From positions 125,178,001 through 125,242,000 of the forward strand of contig OX597819.1 of assembly GCA_951406725.2 (NCBI GenBank): a stretch of DNA of 64,000 bases, in the 5' to 3' direction. Of this stretch, positions 11,990 through 23,497 are shown one piece after another. Each line of letters opens with the position of its first letter. Within the stretch, counting starts at the first letter, position 1. Source of the DNA: Octopus vulgaris. Lineage: Eukaryota. The position numbers and the translations under genes are program-made. A model generated the notes under the pieces. It was given only the letters and a program-made list of their open reading frames with translations. It was not told the origin of the DNA and did no database searches.

Positions 11990-13070
11990 TATATAATTTT
12001 CCATGGAAAAAATGTAGTTTAACATGAAAATGGTGAAGCAAAAAGTGGATGAAAACAAGTCAGCAAATATTAGGAGGGATATCTTCAGAAATGATAGATA
12101 CTGAAGTAACCATGATCAAGCACACAGTGAAAAATTATTTAACTATAAGACAAGAAGGAAATGAAGAATCAGATGAAGAGAGAAGCCAGCCATGAGTTTT
12201 AATTGAAAGATTGTCATCTGACCAAATCACACAAAAAAGAAATAAGAAATTCATTCTAATGAACCTGATAAAGATAACCAGGGAAGTGGTAAAGAAACAC
12301 TATTTGAAGACCACACATTTGTTGAAGAACACACAGAACACAGTCTATTGATGAAGCAGAAAATTCTGAATGAACCTGCAGTTGTAACACATACAATGAT
12401 AAAGAACCACTTCATAAACTCTCAAATACAATCTAAAATAAAAAAACAAATTAAAATTGGTAACTATGTAACAAAAGAAATCATACAAGAACTAAAACCT
12501 AATCTTAATGAATTAAATGAACTTATTTACACATCTGCGAAGGCAATTGAAACAAATTGTATGACTTCAAAAAACAAAGAAAACTAAACTTATGAAGAAA
12601 TCTAATCTGAAGTAAAAAGGGGATTAAATTAATAAGAGGGAGAATATCAATATTGAATGAACTAATTTAAATATTTAAATGAATTAATGGTGTAAAATGA
12701 AGAGGAAATATGGGTTTTCATCAAGAGAAGAACTGATATCACAAAAGAAATACTGAAACAAAAGTCCCAGAGAAAGCTCAAAGAATTTTAAAAATTGATA
12801 AAAGAAACAATTTTCACAAGCAAAATAAACTGTTGACATCCAATGCCAAAATATTTTACAGAGAAATAGGAAAGTAGAAAAGGACCATTGAAGACCCTCA
12901 TCTCCCACTGAGGAAGTTGAAAATTTTGGGAAAAGATCTGGAGTGATGAGAAGACATACAATGAAAATGCATATTAGATTAGACACACAGAAGGATCATC
13001 TCAAAATTTACAAGAACAAGCACGGGAAGACATCTCAGCATCAGACCTAAGGATGACACTCATGAAATTG
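11990..13070 (+). mobile_element. Decayed R4/Dong-like non-LTR retrotransposon, region upstream of RT
   Basis: Broken frames read NELIYTSAKAI, KQNKLLTSNAKIFYREIGK, EEVENF..KIWSDEKTYNENAY, typical of the pre-RT region of R4-clade elements. Confidence 0.65.
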
Positions 13071-13216
13071 ATACACTGTCTTGCAATCTGTTACATCTCA
13101 AACCTCTGGTCCTTATGCCCCAGGACCCTGGCAAACTTCTTCCTATCTGCTTCTCTGCAAGTTAAATATACCTGTCTCTTAGCTTCCCTTATAGCTACCA
13201 GATGTAGTTCCCTACT

Positions 13217-13450
13217 TGTTTCTTTACTACCCACAAGGGGCTAAACACAGAGGGGACAAACAAGGACAGACAAATGGATTAAGTCGATTACATCGACCCC
13301 AGTGCGTAACTGGTACTTAATTTATCGACCCCAAAAGGATGAAAGGCAAAGTCGACCTCGGCGGAATTTGAACTCAGAACGTAACGGCAGACGAAATACG
13401 GCTACGCATTTCGCTTGGCATGCTAACGATTCTGCCAGCTCGCCGCCTTA
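13217..13450 (-). mobile_element. SINE family C
   Basis: Full monomer. Confidence 0.9.
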
Positions 13451-13923
13451 TATAGTTCCCAACCACCACCACTCTTCTAGTCCTTCCAAGTCTGTTTTAT
13501 TTTTTTTTTTTTTGCTCTAATGGCCCTCTCTACTATGCTGTTCCACCACCATGTCACTTTATGTCTGGTTGAGACTTTGGACTTTGTTCATAGACAAAAC
13601 TGAAACTAATACAAGGGAAACAAACCAAAGAGGTGGGGAAAAAAAACTGTCACGATTTTTACTAAGATTACTTAATGTAAATAATATTTAGCTAAATGGC
13701 TGCACAGAAATGCGGAAGACATGTATATATGTTCATAGGCAAAAATAAGACTAATAGAACAGAAACAAAACAAAGTAGCACATTTTTTACTGGTATTAAT
13801 TAACTTAAATGATATTTAACTCTTTAGGCATGGCAGAGGAAGTTAAATTAAATAAGATGAGGATAAAATTAAAAGCGAGGGAAGGAAAATGAAATTTCAC
13901 TTTTATATAAACATGTTTATTTT

Positions 13924-14278
13924 CATCATCATCATCATCGTTTAACATCCGTTTTCTGCGCTAGCACGGGTTGGACGGTTTGACCAGGGTCTGGGAAGCC
14001 AGGAGCTGCTCCAGGCTCCAGTCTGATCTGGCAGAGTTTCTACGGCTGGATGCCCTTCCTAACGCCAACCACTCCGTGAGTGTAGTGGGTGCTTTTTACG
14101 TGCCACCTGCACAGGTGCCAGGGGGGGTCCGGCATCAGCCACGATCGGTTGGAGCTTTTAACGTGCCACCGGCACGGAAGCCAGCCAAGGCCGCACTAGC
14201 AACGGCCACGTTCGGATGGTGCTCTTTATGTGCCACCGGCACAGAAGCCATTTGGGGCGGCACTGGCATCGGCCACAT
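13924..14278 (-). mobile_element. Family A element
   Basis: Core, tail, units. Confidence 0.9.
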
Positions 14279-14589
14279 TTTATTCATGACAGACCAAAGT
14301 GAGTCAGTGAGACAATATTTATGGGAGGAGTGCTAAGAAATAAGATACATGGTTCAACTGGAAGTCTATAAGGTCATGCTGACCACAAATGACCAAATAG
14401 CCACAGTACTGGGGGCAGGGAGGGATATGTCTGTTCATTGACAAAAATTAAACTAATATGACAGAAACAAAGCAAGGAGGAAAAAAATCATTTCTACTAA
14501 GATTACTTGTGTGTGTGTGTGTATGTGTGTGTGTGTAAGAAGGAGAACTGATAAAGGAATAAATATACTTTCACTTATAAACTTTTGTT

Positions 14590-14670
14590 AGCTTACAGCT
14601 GTTTCTGCTATAGGATGTAGTGGACACATAATTGAGTGCCTAAATAGTAGCTTAAGGCTTCATCAGAGCC
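14590..14670 (-). ncRNA. Candidate minimal type I hammerhead ribozyme
   Basis: Minus strand GGCT-CTGATGA-(long imperfect stem II)-GAAA-CAGCTG-TA-AGCT, with palindromic stem III. Confidence 0.6.
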
Positions 14671-14805
14671 TTGAATATGAAGTGCAATTTATTTGGGAAA
14701 GAATTACATTTGTGCATATATATATAGGGAACAGCATCAATGATGACAAAGCCAATATAAATATAAATATGAAGTTTGATATTTACTCTCATCGTAATTT
14801 GAATT

Positions 14806-14844
<39 letters not shown>

Positions 14845-14915
14845 CCGTGTGTGTATCGTTGGCGATTTTTTTTTTTTCTTCCGTCTTCCCTTCCTTGGAT
14901 CTTTCCTTTTCCTAT

Positions 14916-14950
14916 GTTTCTGATGAAGAGCTCCACTCGAAACATTAAAT
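14916..14950 (+). ncRNA. Candidate minimal hammerhead ribozyme (decayed)
   Basis: GTTT-CTGATGA-A-GAG-ctcca-CTC-GAAA-CATT-AAAT. Confidence 0.55.
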
Positions 14951-15054
14951 CCTCCTTCTTTCTTTCTTTTCTGAGCATCCAATAACACTATACTTGTTCC
15001 ACGTCCTCGCGTTGTTGTGTTTACATGTGTGGATTAACTATATATATATATATA

Positions 15055-15368
15055 TGAGGGTGAGTCAAAAAGTAATGCCATTTTATTTAGGACAGGTATA
15101 ATTACCAACACAAGAACATGTATCATACATCAAAATGAAACTGGTCCTCTGTGGATCACATTCCTACTCCTCAACGTAGTCACTGTTTCTCTCAATAGCA
15201 ATATTCCACCTTCGAATGAGAGCATGTATCCCTGCCCTATAAGATTCTGTTGACTGTTCTTTGAGCCACTTCTTCACTATAGTTTTCACTTCCTAATCAC
15301 TGGAATAATGTTTGCCTCTCAAACCCTCTTTCATGGGGCCAAAGAGATGATAGTTTGAAAGTGCTAAG
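15055..15368 (-). mobile_element. Mariner-like terminal fragment
   Basis: TA-TGAGGGTGAGTCAAAAAGT terminus in (TA)n; minus strand resembles a transposase C-terminus joined to an N-terminal piece. Confidence 0.55.
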
Positions 15369-15383
15369 ATGAGAATGTGTGTG

Positions 15384-15384
<1 letters not shown>

Positions 15385-15414
<30 letters not shown>

Positions 15415-15670
15415 GAATCCCTAAAACTTGAGAACTACACAACCAATTTCATTCAAATTTTATACATGCCTTACTTAGGGTCCATGTAGTTTCATAGGCC
15501 CCCAAAATTTTTAACTTCTTCCCTAGTGCGAGCCCACAGCAATATCATATCTTCTCCACTATCTCAGTATTACGTGTTAAAAGTGAAACAATAACATCTC
15601 TCTATTGTAATATCAGATACTTTCATTTTAATAGTTTCGCTTTAATACTGAAACTATTATCTCACATGTA
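15385..15670 (+). mobile_element. Helitron/Helentron-associated non-autonomous element fragment
   Basis: (CTGT)n followed by AACTACACAACCAATTTCATTCAAATTTT, the layout of DINE-1/Lep1-type elements. Confidence 0.45.
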
Positions 15671-16274
15671 TACAGGCATACATACATATATATAATATAT
15701 ATATTATGTGTGTGTATATATATATACATATATATCATCATCATCATCATCGTTTAACGGCCACTTTCCATGCTAGCGTGGGTTGCACGATTTTGACTGA
15801 GGGCTGGCGAACCACTCAGGATTGAGTGGCATAGTTAATTAACGAGTCAGCAGATGTTGATAATAGTAAATAGAATTGGAGAAAGACAAAATTAGAGACG
15901 AATGACTGTGTGTTTTTGTGATAAACTTTCATAGATGAGTGAAAGAATATGTTGCAGATTAAGGAAATGTGTGAGCTAAGGTTATCTTAGACATCAACAA
16001 TTGAGACAAAACTATATAACTAGATTTACATGATGGCATGGTGCTGAAATAGACAGAATAATACAGAATAGAGGGAAACTAATAAGGGTTTATAAGGGTG
16101 TATGATACGCACAGAAATACAATGTGAGTAACAGTTGAAAGCTTAAAAAAATTCTCTTATCTGAAATTTTGCATCCTCTGAGATTCGTATTTTACAGCCA
16201 AGGTATTGAAATCGAAATAGGAGGGTCATCATTCGTGCGCTAGTTTATATAGGGTGGTGGGGAGTAGGAAGTCT

Positions 16275-16316
<42 letters not shown>

Positions 16317-16359
16317 ACATCTGCACAAATGTATATATATAGATGTATATATATATATA

Positions 16360-16530
16360 CATCCTTCTGTCTGGCAGTCGCCATGATAGATCGTTAGCCA
16401 CTACACACATTTTTTCTCTCCTTGTTTCTCTCCTTGTTTTTTCTGTGTCCCTTTCTGTAGAAGAGCGTAGGCTTGAAACGTAAAAGACTTTTTCTATTCA
16501 TGAGCGTTATACTAATACATCTGTTTGTTT
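16360..16530 (+). mobile_element. Penelope-like pLTR remnant inserted in (TA)n
   Basis: Hammerhead-like motif in a roughly 170 bp island between TA microsatellites. Confidence 0.45.
16451..16486 (+). ncRNA. Candidate minimal hammerhead ribozyme variant
   Basis: CTTT-CTGTAGA-A-GAGC-gtag-GCTT-GAAA-CG-TA-AAAG. Non-canonical T at core position A6. Confidence 0.5.
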
Positions 16531-16536
16531 ATATAC

Positions 16537-16577
<41 letters not shown>

Positions 16578-16579
16578 TA

Positions 16580-17690
16580 CAGGGGCTGAACAAAATAATG
16601 GAAACACCTTAAAATTTCAAGTAAATTTATTTTAATATGGGGTAGAACCACCTTTGGCAGTAATTACAACTTGAATCCTATGAGGTATGGACTCATATAA
16701 AGTTTCAATTGTTTCCAAAGGAATTTTTGTCCATTCTTCAGCTAAAACAGTCTCCAGTTTTTGTAGTGATGATGGTGGAGGATATCAATTTCTTACTTGT
16801 TTTCTAAAATGCACCACAAATGTTCAATAATATTGAGATCTGTGGACTGTGGTGACCATATAAGATGTTCAACTTCACTAGAATGTTCCTTGTTCCATTC
16901 GGTGTGTAAATTTAGCTGTGTGAATTGGTGCATTATCATCCTGAAAGATTGTGTTTCTCTCCAGAAACAGTTCCACAACCATAGGATGAATTTGATCAGA
17001 TAAAATGCTTAATACTCTTGACTATTAATTCTGCCATGAAGGGAAACCATTGGATTAGGGCAGTTCATCACAAATCCTCCACCATGTTTGACAGTTGGAA
17101 GAAGGCAGTCTGGGTCAAATGCTTCTTTTGGCTGTCTCCATACATATACTCAGCCGGTGGTTGGAAATAAGGTAAAGGGTGACTCGTCCAAGAAAATAAC
17201 ATACTTCCACTGCTTGAAGGACCAATTCTGTAGGTTTTTATTCCATGCTTTGCAATGTTTGTTTTTGAAAGGAGTGATTTTCTGATTGCAGGCCTCCCAT
17301 GAAATCTGGCTTTGTGCAGCTCCTGGTGAATTCCGGAGTTCTGTTTCAATGAGGAGGTTTTTCATTCTTTCTCAAAGGCTATCATTACTTTCAAGACAGT
17401 ACTTCTTGATACACCAAACATTTCCGCTGTTTTCGTTACACTAGCGCCTGCCATACAAGCACCAACAATTTGACTTCTTTGAAAGTCTGATAGATCTGTC
17501 ATTTGAATGAATTTTAATTAGCTTTTTCTGATGATATCTGGAAAGAAACAGCAATTTTAGCAAAACATATTAAGAAACACTAATAATAAATAAAAAACAT
17601 AAAAATAAACAATCTTTTGATGATTTTATAGATATTTCAAAATTATGATGCTATGATGCTAGGTGTTTCCATTATTTTGTCCAACTCCTG
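16580..17690 (-). mobile_element. Tc1-like (DD34E) transposon with both TIRs, inactivated
   Basis: About 30 bp TIRs (CAGGGGCTGAACAAAATAATGGAAACACCT / AGGTGTTTCCATTATTTTGTCCAACTCCTG) with TA TSD. Transposase remnants MTDLSDFQRSQIVGA (ATG 17502), WKYVIFLDES, WSPQSTDLNIIEHLW. Confidence 0.93.
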
Positions 17691-17804
17691 TATATACATA
17701 CCTATATATATATATATATAGATAGATATATAGATAGATATAGATCTATTTATTTACATATAAATCTATAGATTACATCAATATATATATGTACTGATAT
17801 ATAT

Positions 17805-17848
<44 letters not shown>

Positions 17849-18475
17849 GTATGTATGTATGTATGTATTTATGTATGTTTATGCATGTATATATGTAATG
17901 TGAGATAATAATTTCACTTTTAATAGTTTCAGTATGTTTGTACTATATACTTAGTGAAAGTATTAATAGTAAAACTATTAAGACTGAAACTATTATCTCA
18001 CATTACAATAGAGATGTTCTTGTTTCACTTTTGACAAATAATACCCAATCTGTCTAAAAGATTACTTTTAGGGGGGGGGGGGGGTGACTGCTATTTCTAA
18101 CAGATCAAAGGACCTTGAAAACAACCTATTTATATATTTTTACAGCAGTTGTCACTATTGCCATTGTTGTTGTTGTTGTTGTTAAGCTCCAGCAGAAGCC
18201 TGATTGAAAAAACATGTGATCACAAACTTTCTGGCCAAGGTCTTCCCATAATTTCGAGACTTCCTAATTATCTGCTATCTTTAGAAGGTAATGTGTTATG
18301 TGAAAGAGATTTAGCTGTTGTTTCTAGATCAAACAACTGCACAAAGTTAATGATGAGAAAATTTATAGGAAAGATAACTTCTACCTAGTTGTAATTAAAA
18401 TCCAATTTATCATTTACAAATTGTGCGTTGCTTGAAAATGTAACAGAATTTTATGTTTCTTTAATATATCTATAT

Positions 18476-18690
18476 CATCATTATCATCATTTAACGTCCG
18501 CTTTCCATGCTAGCATGGGTTGGATGGTTCGACTGGGGTCTGGGAAGCCAGGGGGCTGCACCAGGCCCAGTCTGATCTGGCAGTGTTTCTACAGCTGGAT
18601 GCCCTTCCTACCGCCAACCACTCCGTGTGTGTAGTGGGTGCTTTTTACGTGCCACCAGAGGCTGGCAACGGCCATAATCGGTTGGTGCTT
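18476..18690 (-). mobile_element. Family A element
   Basis: Core and tail. Confidence 0.9.
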
Positions 18691-18934
18691 TAAATTTAAA
18701 TTTCTGAATTCTTAAAGATTCTTCTATGGTTATGGCAAGTCCATGGTATAAAATTAACAACAATTAAAACCAGTTTGAAGTGACACAGCTCTTGATATGA
18801 AATGTATAACTCATTTTGACAGGTATTTGAAATTTTAATAACTCATTCTAAATATGGTAACAAATAATTATGTAGAAGTGAAAGAATCTTGTGAAGTTTA
18901 GGGTATTTTCTATCTTTTCTAATTTAATCTCAGC

Positions 18935-19578
18935 GAATCAAATCAAATCAAATCGAACCAAATCAAAATAGATGAACATCAATGGAATTTGTATCCTTGT
19001 GGTACCAGTGCCGGTGGCACATAAGAAAACCATCCGAACGTGATCGTAGCCAGTACCGCAACGACTGGCCTCCGTGCTGAGGGCACGTAACAAACACCAT
19101 CCGAGCGTGGCCGTCCGCCAGCCCCGTCTGGCACCTGTGTCGGTGACACATAAGAAAACACCATCCGAGCGTGGCCGTCCGCCAGCCCCGTCTGGCACCT
19201 GTGTCGGTGACACATAAGAAAACACCATCCGAGCGTGGCCGTCCGCCAGCCCCGTCTGGCACCTGTGTCGGTGACACATAAGAAAACACCATCCGAGCGT
19301 GGCCGTCAGCCAGCCTCGTCTGGCACCTGTGTCGGTGGCACATAAAAAACACCATCCGAGCGTGGCCGTCTGCCAGCCTCGTCTGGCACCTGTGTCGGTG
19401 GCACATAAAATCACCCACTACACTCTCGGAGTGGTTGGTGTTAGGAAGGGCATCCAGCTGTAGAAACACTGCCAGATCTGACTGGCCTGGTGCAGCCTTC
19501 GGGCTTGCCAGACCCCAGTTGAACCGTCCAACCCATGCTAGCATGGATAGCGGACGTTAAACGATGATGATGATGATG
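18935..19578 (+). mobile_element. Family A element with five near-identical 63-64 bp tandem units
   Basis: CACCAT motif recurs at 19095, 19159, 19223, 19287, 19350. Confidence 0.93.
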
Positions 19579-20140
19579 AACTTGAGGCAATCCAATGAAG
19601 CTACACGAAAAAGATAGCCTCTAGGCAGCATATAAGCTATTGGGAAAAACACAAGAGATTAAGACTCTATTCCTTAGAGCGTAGGCGAGAAAGATATGCC
19701 ATAATATACATCTGGAAGATCCTGGAAAGACTTGTCCCAAACTTTGGCATCGAGAGTTACACAAATACTAGAACTGGGTGCCACTGCATAGTGCCAAGGA
19801 CTCCAAATTTGCCCTCAAGATGTAGAACAAGATACTGCAATAGCCTGGGCTTCAGAGGTCCACAGCTCTTCAATATCCTCTCGAAGGACCTGAGAAACCT
19901 GCATGGGATAGATGCAGATGTCTTCAAAATAAAGCTGGACCTCTTCCTGTCAGGTGTCCCAGATGAACTAACTTCACGGCAGGAGGTGCAGATGAGGGCA
20001 GCTGCATTAAACTCTCTCATGCACCAAATGTCAATTGCTAAAAAGCATTCATGAAGTAAAATCATGTAGCAACACCGAATGGCAATGCCCCAGCATGGCC
20101 ACAGCTCGTGAGCTGAAACTAGATGAAATAAATGAAATGA
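19578..20140 (+). mobile_element. CR1-group LINE 3' fragment (family 1)
   Basis: Highly similar to 7218-7712; ORF 19791..20054. Confidence 0.88.
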
Positions 20141-21072
20141 ATATCAGCTGTTTGTTTTAAGACTTCATAATTTATTGTTTCCAGTAAGTAAATAAGATGA
20201 CAACCAGAAAAACCATTTGTTTTTAGCAAAAGGTGCTGTGCATTTCAATAATTATAAAGCTATATATGTTTGTGTATGTCACCTATAAGTTTAATTTATA
20301 TTTAGAACATATAATCTATTATAGCTAAAAGGAAATTTAGCCAAGATATTTCTTATCTGCCTGCCTACCTTCCATGATGACTAGGTAGAATTCTATGTAA
20401 GATGTTTGCTTGAAAAAGAAACAAAATAAAAATTTACATTAGCACTCTGGAAGATTCTGCTTCATTTGACAGTGGGAGAAAAATATGAAACTGTAAGACG
20501 AAGACAAATCCAAAAGCAAAATAAATGATAAATAAATAAGAAGTTGTAGTTGTCAACATTGGAATGTCTAGATAAAAGATAAGTGCCCATCGTAGGTATA
20601 CACTAGAAAGGTAAATTTGGTAAAATTCCTGCAAATGTGGGATATTATAAGGGAACAGCCTCATGCCGTGTTATTATCATGCGGAATGTATAATTACATT
20701 ATCACTAAAAATAATAAGCACACAGTGAGGTAGGGTTACTAAAGGTTCAGATTAGATTCTTCAGCAATCTTACTGAAAATTATCAGCTTCAGAGTTGCTA
20801 CTGCTGCCATCACCATTATCACCATCATCATTATCATTGTTATCATGTCTGTTTTTTTCCAAACCTACATGGGTTGAATGAGGCTTTATGAGACAGTATT
20901 TTACAGCCTGATGCTCTTCCTATCACCAACCTTTGTCTTTCAAGTAAGCTACATGGTCTTCACATGGCACAAATGTTACATGGCATTTACTTTTTACAAA
21001 AGATATAAACAAATATCATGATTTTCTAAAGAGATTAAATGTGAAAACCTGCTGAAAGAAAACAGGATATTT

Positions 21073-21352
21073 GGGAAATTGTAGTTGTGATACCAGTGCC
21101 GGTGGCACGTAAAAAGATCCATCCAAACGTGGCCGTTGCCAGTGCCACCTCAACTGGCCACTGTGCCGGTGGCACGTAAAAAGCATCCACTACACTCATG
21201 GAGTGGTTGGCGTTAGGAAGGGCATCCAGCTGTAGAAACACTGCCAGATCAGATTGGAGCCTGGTGCAGCCTCCTGGCTTCTCAGACCCCGGTCGAACTG
21301 TCCAACCCATGCTAGCATGGAAAATGGACGTTAAACGGTGATGATGATGATG
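21073..21352 (+). mobile_element. Family A element
   Basis: Core and tail. Confidence 0.9.
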
Positions 21353-21670
21353 ATCTCTTCATACTGACATCATTTGGACAAGAGTAATGTTTGTTTATAT
21401 CTGAAAAAAAAAAAAAGGGAGGGTGTCCAGTTTTACAAGTGTCTCATAGCCTTATTATTATGCATAGACAATAATTTAGGTATGTGAGGATGGTATTGGG
21501 GAATGGGAGTATAGAATGCAAAATTAGAAATTGATGATTATAATTTAGCATTTGGAAGGAGGGGAAATAAATCTATTTTTAAGCGTTGAACCAGAAAGCC
21601 AAATGGAGTTGTGATATGTTCATATTTGAAAATTGAACTTACATTATAATTAGTAAACCTGGCTGAATTT

Positions 21671-21931
21671 CAGCGTGGAAGGTGTTTATAAGCCATTTAA
21701 GAAACACACAAAAACCGTTAGATTCCGTTCAACATTTAAATTTAATTTGTCAAAATATTTTCGTCGCTTTGAGACCACGACAAAACTTTATATGCAGCAC
21801 AAAGTTTTGTCAGTGAACAGGTCGCGGTCTCAAAGCGACGGAAATATTTTGACAAATTGAATTTAAATGTTGAAGTGAATCTAATGGTTTTTGTGTGTTT
21901 CTTAAATGGCTTATAAACACCTTCCACGCTG
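21671..21931. mobile_element. Palindromic foldback MITE, copy 1 (ends trimmed)
   Basis: About 105 bp near-perfect inverted arms with a nested central hairpin. Confidence 0.85.
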
Positions 21932-21936
21932 CAATA

Positions 21937-22187
21937 TAAAGGTAGGAGAGTCCAGTTTGCTGGACATTGTTGTAGAGCTGAAAAAGAAGTAATTTCTACT
22001 CTTCTCCTCTGGAAGCCATCTACTCGCAACACCAGAGGGCGCACACTCTCCTACCCTGATGTAATCTCCAGGGATACAGGCATCCAGCAACAGGACCTCC
22101 GTAATGCTATGATGGACCGTGAAGTCTGGCGCAACATGGTAAATTCCATTGTCTCGACCACGGTCGAACAATGATGAATGATGATGA
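21937..22187 (+). mobile_element. RTE-clade LINE 3' fragment
   Basis: RRVQFAGHCCRA...WR C-terminus with (GAT)n tail; matches 26052-26298. Confidence 0.85.
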
Positions 22188-22198
22188 TATATATATAT

Positions 22199-22581
22199 AG
22201 ATGTACTTGCATAGCGAGTGACTTGATCTGAGATCGTGTGCTGGAACAAAAACAATTGCAGCATGGAAGGTGTTTATAAGCCATTTTAGGAAACACACAA
22301 AATCCGTTAGATTCACTTCAACATTTAAATTCAATTTGTCAAAATATTTCCGTCGCTTTGAGACCGCGACCTGTTCACTGACAAAACTTTGTGCTGCATA
22401 TAAAGTTTTGTCGTGGTCTCAAAGCGACGAAAATATTTTGACAAATTATATTTAAATGTTGAAGTGAATCTAACGGATTTTGTGTGTTTCCTAAAATGGC
22501 TTATAAACACCTTCCACGCTGCAATTGTTTTTGTTCCAGCACACGATCTCAGATCAAGTCACTTGCTATGCAAGTACGTCT
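22199..22581. mobile_element. Palindromic foldback MITE, copy 2
   Basis: About 170 bp arms AGATGTACTTGCATAG...CTATGCAAGTACGTCT; centre is the reverse complement of copy 1. Confidence 0.88.
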
Positions 22582-22871
22582 CCATAACTTGCTGAATTTA
22601 AATTTCTTTCATTGAATCAAAATGGACATTTGCCTGTAAAGTCTTTCATGAAGACCATACATGCACATGTTTGTGCATGTGTGTATGCACACACACACAT
22701 ATGCACTCGCTCTCTCTCTCTTATGTAAACGCACAAACATACTTTTTTCAAAAATGTTTTGACACCTGTTATTCTACTTTCTATGCTAGTTTCAAGAACT
22801 TAGAGATTTGAATCTGGATGGTTGATGCAAGTGTTTTTTCCAATTTTTATTGCTGCCTGACCGTCTTTATA

Positions 22872-23255
22872 GCATAGCTTGTTTACCAACCACATGTTTC
22901 TGGGTTCAGTCCCACTGCGTGGCATCTTGGGCAAGTGTCTTCTGCTATAGCCCCGGGCCGACCAATGTCTGGTGAGTGGATTTAGTAGACGGAAACTGAA
23001 AGAAGCCTGTCGTATATATGTATATATATATGTATGTGTGTGTGTGTATGTTTGTGTCTGTGTTTGTCCCCCTAGCATTGCTTGACAACCGATGCTGGTG
23101 TGTTTACATCCCCGTCACTTAGCGGTTCGGCAAAAGAGACCGATAGAATAAGTACTGGGCTTACAAAAGAATAAGTCCCGGGGTCGAGTTGCTCGACTAA
23201 AGGCGGTGCTCCAGCATGGCCGCAGTCAAATGACTGAAACAAGTAAAAGAGTAAC
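22872..23255 (+). mobile_element. SINE family B
   Basis: Slightly 5' truncated. Confidence 0.9.
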
Positions 23256-23497
23256 CTTTTCAGTTTCAAAATAGAAATGGTAATATGTTTATTTCATACT
23301 TGGTTGATGGAGACAATCAGAGTTTGGTCTCCTGATTCCCATCTTTGTCACCTTGTTTCTATTTCATCTTCTGCACTCATATTTCAATTGTCTCCACATC
23401 TTTGAATTCTATTCTCCTTTCAAACTTCATTTCATAGTTTTATAGCTAAAGTTAATCAAGTCAAACATTGACAATTTTAATTAGGTTTCATTTTCCT

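Larger units (their letters stand above)
14535..15040. mobile_element. Two oppositely oriented Penelope-like pLTR remnants around a (TA)n tract
   Basis: Each half carries a hammerhead motif and is bounded by (TA)n/(TG)n. Confidence 0.45.

Noticed and set aside
19095-19410. CRISPR-like array of hairpin repeats
   Set aside because: No unique spacers, no cas genes, eukaryotic context; these are tandem units inside a retroelement.
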